Assembly: GCF_036365525.1 (NCBI RefSeq)
Contig: NC_090378.1
Location: 122,311,593 to 122,375,592, forward strand
Direction of reading: 5' to 3'
Source of the DNA: Heterodontus francisci
Lineage: Eukaryota
DNA: 64,000 bases
The notes beneath the pieces are model-generated. The model had not been told where the DNA came from. It saw only the letters and a list, made by a program, of their open reading frames with translations, and did not search any database. The translations under genes were made by a program, and so were the position numbers. This document shows, in pieces, positions 57,501 through 64,000 of the stretch; position 1 is the stretch's first letter; the number at the start of each line of letters is the position of its first letter.

Positions 57501-60500
57501 CCTCCTGGACTGACACATCCCACAGTTATATATAATATATAATAATGGACACACCGTCTCACCTCCTGGACTGACACATCCCACAGTTATATATAATATA
57601 TAATAATGGACACTCAGTCCCACCTCCTGTACTGACACATCCCACAGTTATATATAATAAATAATAATGGACACACAGTCCCACCTCCTGCACTGACACA
57701 TCCCACAGTTATATATAATATATAATAATGGACACACAGTCCCACCTCCTGCACTGCCACATCCCACAGTTATATATAATATATAATAATGGACACACAG
57801 TCCCACCACCTGTACTGACACATCCCACAGATATATATAATAAAAAATAATGGACTCAAAGTCCCACCTCCTGTACTGACACATCCCACAGTTATATATA
57901 ATATATAATAATGGACACACTGACCCACCTCCTGTACTGACACATCCCACAGTTATATATAATATATAATAATGGACACACAGCCCCACCTCATGTACTG
58001 ACACATCCCACAGATATATATAATAAAAAATAATGGACTCACAGTCCCACCTCCTGTACTGACACATCCCACAGTTATATACAATATATAATAATGGACA
58101 CACAGTTCCACCTCCTGGACTGACACGTCCCACAGTTATATACAATATATAATAATGGACACACAGTCCCACCTCCTGGACTGACACATCCCACAGTTAT
58201 ATGTAATATATAATAATGGACACACGGTCCCACCTCCTGTACTGACACATCCCACAGCTATATATAATATATAATAATGGACACACAGTCCCACCTCCTG
58301 GACTGACACATCCCACAGTTATATATAATATATAATAATGGACACACAGTCCCACCTCCTGGACTGACACATCCCACAGTTATATATAATATATAATAAT
58401 GGACACACAGTCCCACCTCCTGTACTGACATGTCCCACAGTTATATAATATAATAATGGACACACAGTCCCACCTCCTGTACTGACATGTCCCACAGTTA
58501 TATAATATAATAATGGACACACAGTCCCACCTCCTGTACTGACACATCCCACTGTTATATATAATATATAATAATGGACACACAGTCCCACCTCCTGTAC
58601 TGACATGTCCCACAGTTATATAATATAATAATGGACACACAGTCCCACCTCCTGTACTGACACATCCCACTGTTATATATAATATATAATAATGGACACA
58701 CAGTCCCAGCTCCTGTACTGACACATCCCACAGTTATATATAATATATAATAATGGACACACAGTCCCACCTCCTGTACTGACATGTCCCACAGTTATAT
58801 AATATAATAATGGACACACAGTCCCACCTCCTGTACTGACACATCCCACTGTTATATATAATATATAATAATGGACACACAGTCCCACCTCCTGTACTGA
58901 CATGTCCCACAGTTATATAATATAATAATGGACACACAGTCCCACCTCCTGTACTGACACATCCCACTGTTATATATAATATATAATAATGGACACACAG
59001 TCCCAGCTCCTGTACTGACACATCCCACAGTTATATATAATATATAATAATGGACACACAGTCCCACCTCCTTTACTGACACATCCCACAGTTATATAAT
59101 ATAATAATGGACACACAGTACCACCTCCTGTACTGACACGTCCCACAATTACATATAATATATAATAATGGACACAAAGTCCCACCTCCTGTACTGACAC
59201 GTCCCACAGTTATATATAAGATATAATAATGGACACACAGTCCCACCTCCTGTACTGACACGTCCCACAGTTATATATAATATATAATAATGGACACACA
59301 GTCCCACCTCCTGTCCTGACACGTCCCACAGTTATATAATATAATAATGGACACACAGTCCCACCTCCTGTACTGACACCTCCCACAGTTATATATAATA
59401 TATAATAATGGACACATAGTCCCACCTCCTGTACTGACACATCCCACACTTATATATAATATATAATAATGGACACACAGTCCCACCTCCTGTACTGACA
59501 CATCCCACACTTATATATAATATATAATAATGGACACACAGTCCCACCGCCTGTACTGACACATCCCACAGATATATATAATAAAAAATAATGGTCTCAC
59601 AGTCCCACCTCCTGTACTGACACATCCCACAGTTATATATAATATATAATAATGGACACACAGTCCCACCGCCTGTACTGACACATCCCACAGATATATA
59701 TAATAAAAAATAATGGACTCACAGTCCCACCTCCTGTACTGACACATCCCACAGTTATATATAATATCTGATAATGGACACGCAGTCCCACCTCCTGTAC
59801 TGACACATCCCACAGTTATATATAATTTATGATAATGGACACACAGTCCCACCTCCTGTACTGACACTTCCCACAGTTACATACAATATATAATAATGGA
59901 CACACAGTCCCACCTCCTGTACTGACACGTCCCACAGTTATATACAATATATAATAATGGACACACAGTCCCACCTCCTGTACTGACACGTCCCACAGTT
60001 ATATATAATATATAATAATGGACACACAGTCCCACCTCCTGTACTGACACTTCCCACAGTTATATACAATATATAATAATGGACACACAGTCCCACCTCC
60101 TGGACTGACACATCCCACAGTTATATAATATAATAATGGACACACAGTACCACCTCCTGTACTGACACGTCCCACAATTACATATAATATATAATAATGG
60201 ACACAAAGTCCCACCTCCTGTACTGACACGTCCCACAGTTATATATAAGATATAATAATGGACACACAGTCCCACCTCCTGTACTGACACGTCCCACAGT
60301 TATATATAATATATAATAATGGACACACAGTCCCACCTCCTGTCCTGACACGTCCCACAGTTATATAATATAATAATGGACACACAGTCCCACCTCCTGT
60401 ACTGACACCTCCCACAGTTATATATAATATATAATAATGGACACACAGTCCCATCTCCTGTACTGACACGTCCCACAGTTATATATAATATATAATAATG

Positions 60501-63500
60501 GACACACAGTCCCATCTCCTGTACTGACACGTCCCACAGTTATATATAATATATAATAATGGACACATAGTCCCACCTCCTGTACTGACACATCCCACAC
60601 TTATATATAATATATAATAATGGACACACAGTCCCACCTCCTGTACTGACACATCCCACACTTATATATAATATATAATAATGGACACACAGTCCCACCG
60701 CCTGTACTGACACATCCCACAGATATATATAATAAAAAATAATGGACTCACAGTCCCACCTCCTGTACTGACACATCCCACAGTTATATATAATATATAA
60801 TAATGGACACACAGTCCCACCGCCTGTACTGACACATCCCACAGATATATATAATAAAAAATAATGGACTCACAGTCCCACCTCCTGTACTGACACATCC
60901 CACAGTTATATATAATATATGATAATGGACACGCAGTCCCACCTCCTGTACTGACACATCCCACAGTTATATATAATTTATGATAATGGACACACAGTCC
61001 CACCTCCTGTACTGACACTTCCCACAGTTACATACAATATATAATAATGGACACACAGTCCCACCTCCTGTACTGACACGTCCCACAGTTATATACAATA
61101 TATAATAATGGACACACAGTCCCACCTCCTGTACTGACACGTCCCACAGTTATATATAATATATAATAATGGACACACAGTCCCACCTCCTGTACTGACA
61201 CGTCCCACAGTTATATACAATATATAATAATGGACACACAGTCCCACCTCCTGGACTGACACATCCCACAGTTATATGTAATATATAATAATGGACACAC
61301 GGTCCCACCTCCTGTACTGACACATCCCACAGTTATATATAATATATAATAATGGACACACAGTCCCACCTCCTGGACTGACACATCCCACAGTTATATA
61401 TAATATATAATAATGGACACACCGTCTCAGCTCCTGGACTGACACATCCCACAGTTATATATAATATATAATAATGGACACTCAGTCCCACCTCCTGTAC
61501 TGACACATCCCACAGTTATATATAATAAATAATAATGGACACACAGTCCCACCTCCTGCACTGACACATCCCACAGTTATATATAATATATAATAATGGA
61601 CACACAGTCCCACCTCCTGCACTGCCACATCCCACAGTTATATATAATATATAATAATGGACACACAGTCCCACCGCCTGTACTGACACATCCCACAGAT
61701 ATATATAATAAAAAATAATGGACTCACAGTCCCACCTCCTGTACTGACACATCCCACAGTTATATATAATATATAATAATGGACACACTGACCCACCTCC
61801 TGTACTGACACATCCCACAGTTATATATAATATATAATAATGGACACACAGCCCCACCTCATGTACTGACACATCCCACAGATATATATAATAAAAAATA
61901 ATGGACTCACAGTCCCACCTCCTGTACTGACACATCCCACAGTTATATACAATATATAATAATGGACACACAGTTCCACCTCCTGGACTGACACGTCCCA
62001 CAGTTATATACAATATATAATAATGGACACACAGTCCCACCTCCTGGACTGACACATCCCACAGTTATATATAATATATAATAATGGACACACAGTCCCA
62101 CCTCCTGTACTGACACGTCCCACAGTTATATATAATATATAATAATGGACACACAGTCCCACCTCCTGTACTGACACGTCCCACAGTTATATACAAAATA
62201 TAATAATGGACACACAGTCCCACCTCCTGGACTGACACATCCCACAGTTATATGTAATATATAATAATGGACACACGGTCCCACCTCCTGTACTGACACA
62301 TCCCACAGTTATATATAATATATAATAATGGACACACAGTCCCACCTCCAGGACTGACACATCCCACAGTTATATATAATATATAATAATGGACACACCG
62401 TCTCACCTCCTGGACTGACACATCCCACAGTTATATATAATATATAATAATGGACACTCAGTCCCACCTCCTGTACTGACACATCCCACAGTTATATATA
62501 ATAAATAATAATGGACACACAGTCCCACCTCCTGCACTGACACATCCCACAGTTATATATAATATATAATAATGGACACACAGTCCCACCTCCTGCACTG
62601 CCACATCCCACAGTTATATATAATATATAATAATGGACACACAGTCCCACCGCCTGTACTGACACATCCCACAGATATATATAATAAAAAATAATGGACT
62701 CACAGTCCCACCTCCTGTACTGACACATCCCACAGTTATATATAATATATAATAATGGACACACTGACCCACCTCCTGTACTGACACATCCCACAGTTAT
62801 ATATAATATATAATAATGGACACACAGCCCCACCTCATGTACTGACACATCCCACAGATATATATAATAAAAAATAATGGACTCACAGTCCCACCTCCTG
62901 TACTGACACATCCCACAGTTATATACAATATATAATAATGGACACACAGTTCCACCTCCTGGACTGACACGTCCCACAGTTATATACAATATATAATAAT
63001 GGACACACAGTCCCACCTCCTGGACTGACACATCCCACAGTTATATATAATATATAATAATGGACACACAGTCCCACCTCCTGGACTGACATATCCCACA
63101 GTTATATATAATATATAATAATGGACACACAGTCCCACCTCCTGGACTGACACATCCCACAGTTATATATAATATATAATAATGGACACACAGTCCCACC
63201 TCCTGTACTGACATGTCCCACAGTTATATAATATAATAATGGACACACAGTCCCACCTCCTGTACTGACATGTCCCACAGTTATATAATATAATAATGGA
63301 CACACAGTCCCACCTCCTGTACTGACACATCCCACTGTTATATATAATATATAATAATGGACACACAGTCCCACCTCCTGTACTGACATGTCCCACAGTT
63401 ATATAATATAATAATGGACACACAGTCCCACCTCCTGTACTGACACATCCCACTGTTATATATAATATATAATAATGGACACACAGTCCCAGCTCCTGTA

Positions 63501-64000
63501 CTGACACATCCCACAGTTATATATAATATATAATAATGGACACACAGTCCCACCTCCTGTACTGACATGTCCCACAGTTATATAATATAATAATGGACAC
63601 ACAGTCCCACCTCCTGTACTGACACATCCCACTGTTATATATAATATATAATAATGGACACACAGTCCCACCTCCTGTACTGACACATCCCACTGTTATA
63701 TGTAATATATAATAATGGACACACAGTCCCAGCTCCTGTACTGACACATCCCACAGTTATATATAATAAATAATAATGGACACACAGTCCCACCTCCTTT
63801 ACTGACACATCCCACAGTTATATAATATAATAATGGACACACAGTCCCAGCTCCTGTACTGACACATCCCACAGTTATATATAATATATAATAATGGACA
63901 CACAGTCCCACCTCCTTTACTGATACATCCCACAGTTATATAATATAATAATGGACACACAGTCCCACCTCCTGTACTGACACATCCCACTGTTATATAT
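30576..64000. repeat. 57-61-bp tandem satellite array, about 550 units, truncated by window end
   Basis: Consensus GGACACACAGTCCCACCTCCTGTACTGACACATCCCACAGTTATATATAATATATAATAAT (61 bp), with 57-bp (shorter TA run) and 60-bp variants and multi-kb internal duplications. Confidence 0.98.

Noticed and set aside
31468-63990. Numerous [20 protein letters not shown] ORFs
   Set aside because: Translations of the 57-61-bp satellite.
1-64000. CRISPR array interpretation of the 32-36-bp repeats
   Set aside because: Units are directly adjacent with no unique spacers, there are no cas genes, and the context is vertebrate.

Overview
Vertebrate genomic DNA, very likely a shark or other cartilaginous fish (shark kappa/NS4-type Ig light-chain V gene, CR1 and L2 LINE remnants, Harbinger-like elements). 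About 82% of the window is tandem repeat: a 36-bp array (1-12247, runs off the left edge), a 23-bp array (13851-14561), a 32-bp array (14673-20300), a 43/44-bp array (26447-27238) and a 57-61-bp array (30576-64000, runs off the right edge). The only clearly intact gene is one unrearranged Ig kappa-type V segment on the + strand. It has a promoter (PU.1-like site, CRE, octamer variant, TATA), a leader exon at 30006-30054, a V exon at 30241-30542 and a perfect 12-RSS at 30543-30570. The most unusual feature is that a >33-kb satellite starts 5 bp after the RSS nonamer, where a shark J segment normally lies a few hundred bp away; I see no J or C in the window. Each satellite unit carries two RSS-heptamer-like CACAGT words, one of which sits exactly 23 bp from a 6/9 nonamer match. 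Other leads are a candidate B-cell enhancer (24401-24575), an orphan minus-strand terminal exon (21303-21393), a degenerate Harbinger Myb gene abutting the 36-bp array and an atypical FR3 loop in the V. Nearly all long ORFs in the supplied track are repeat artefacts.
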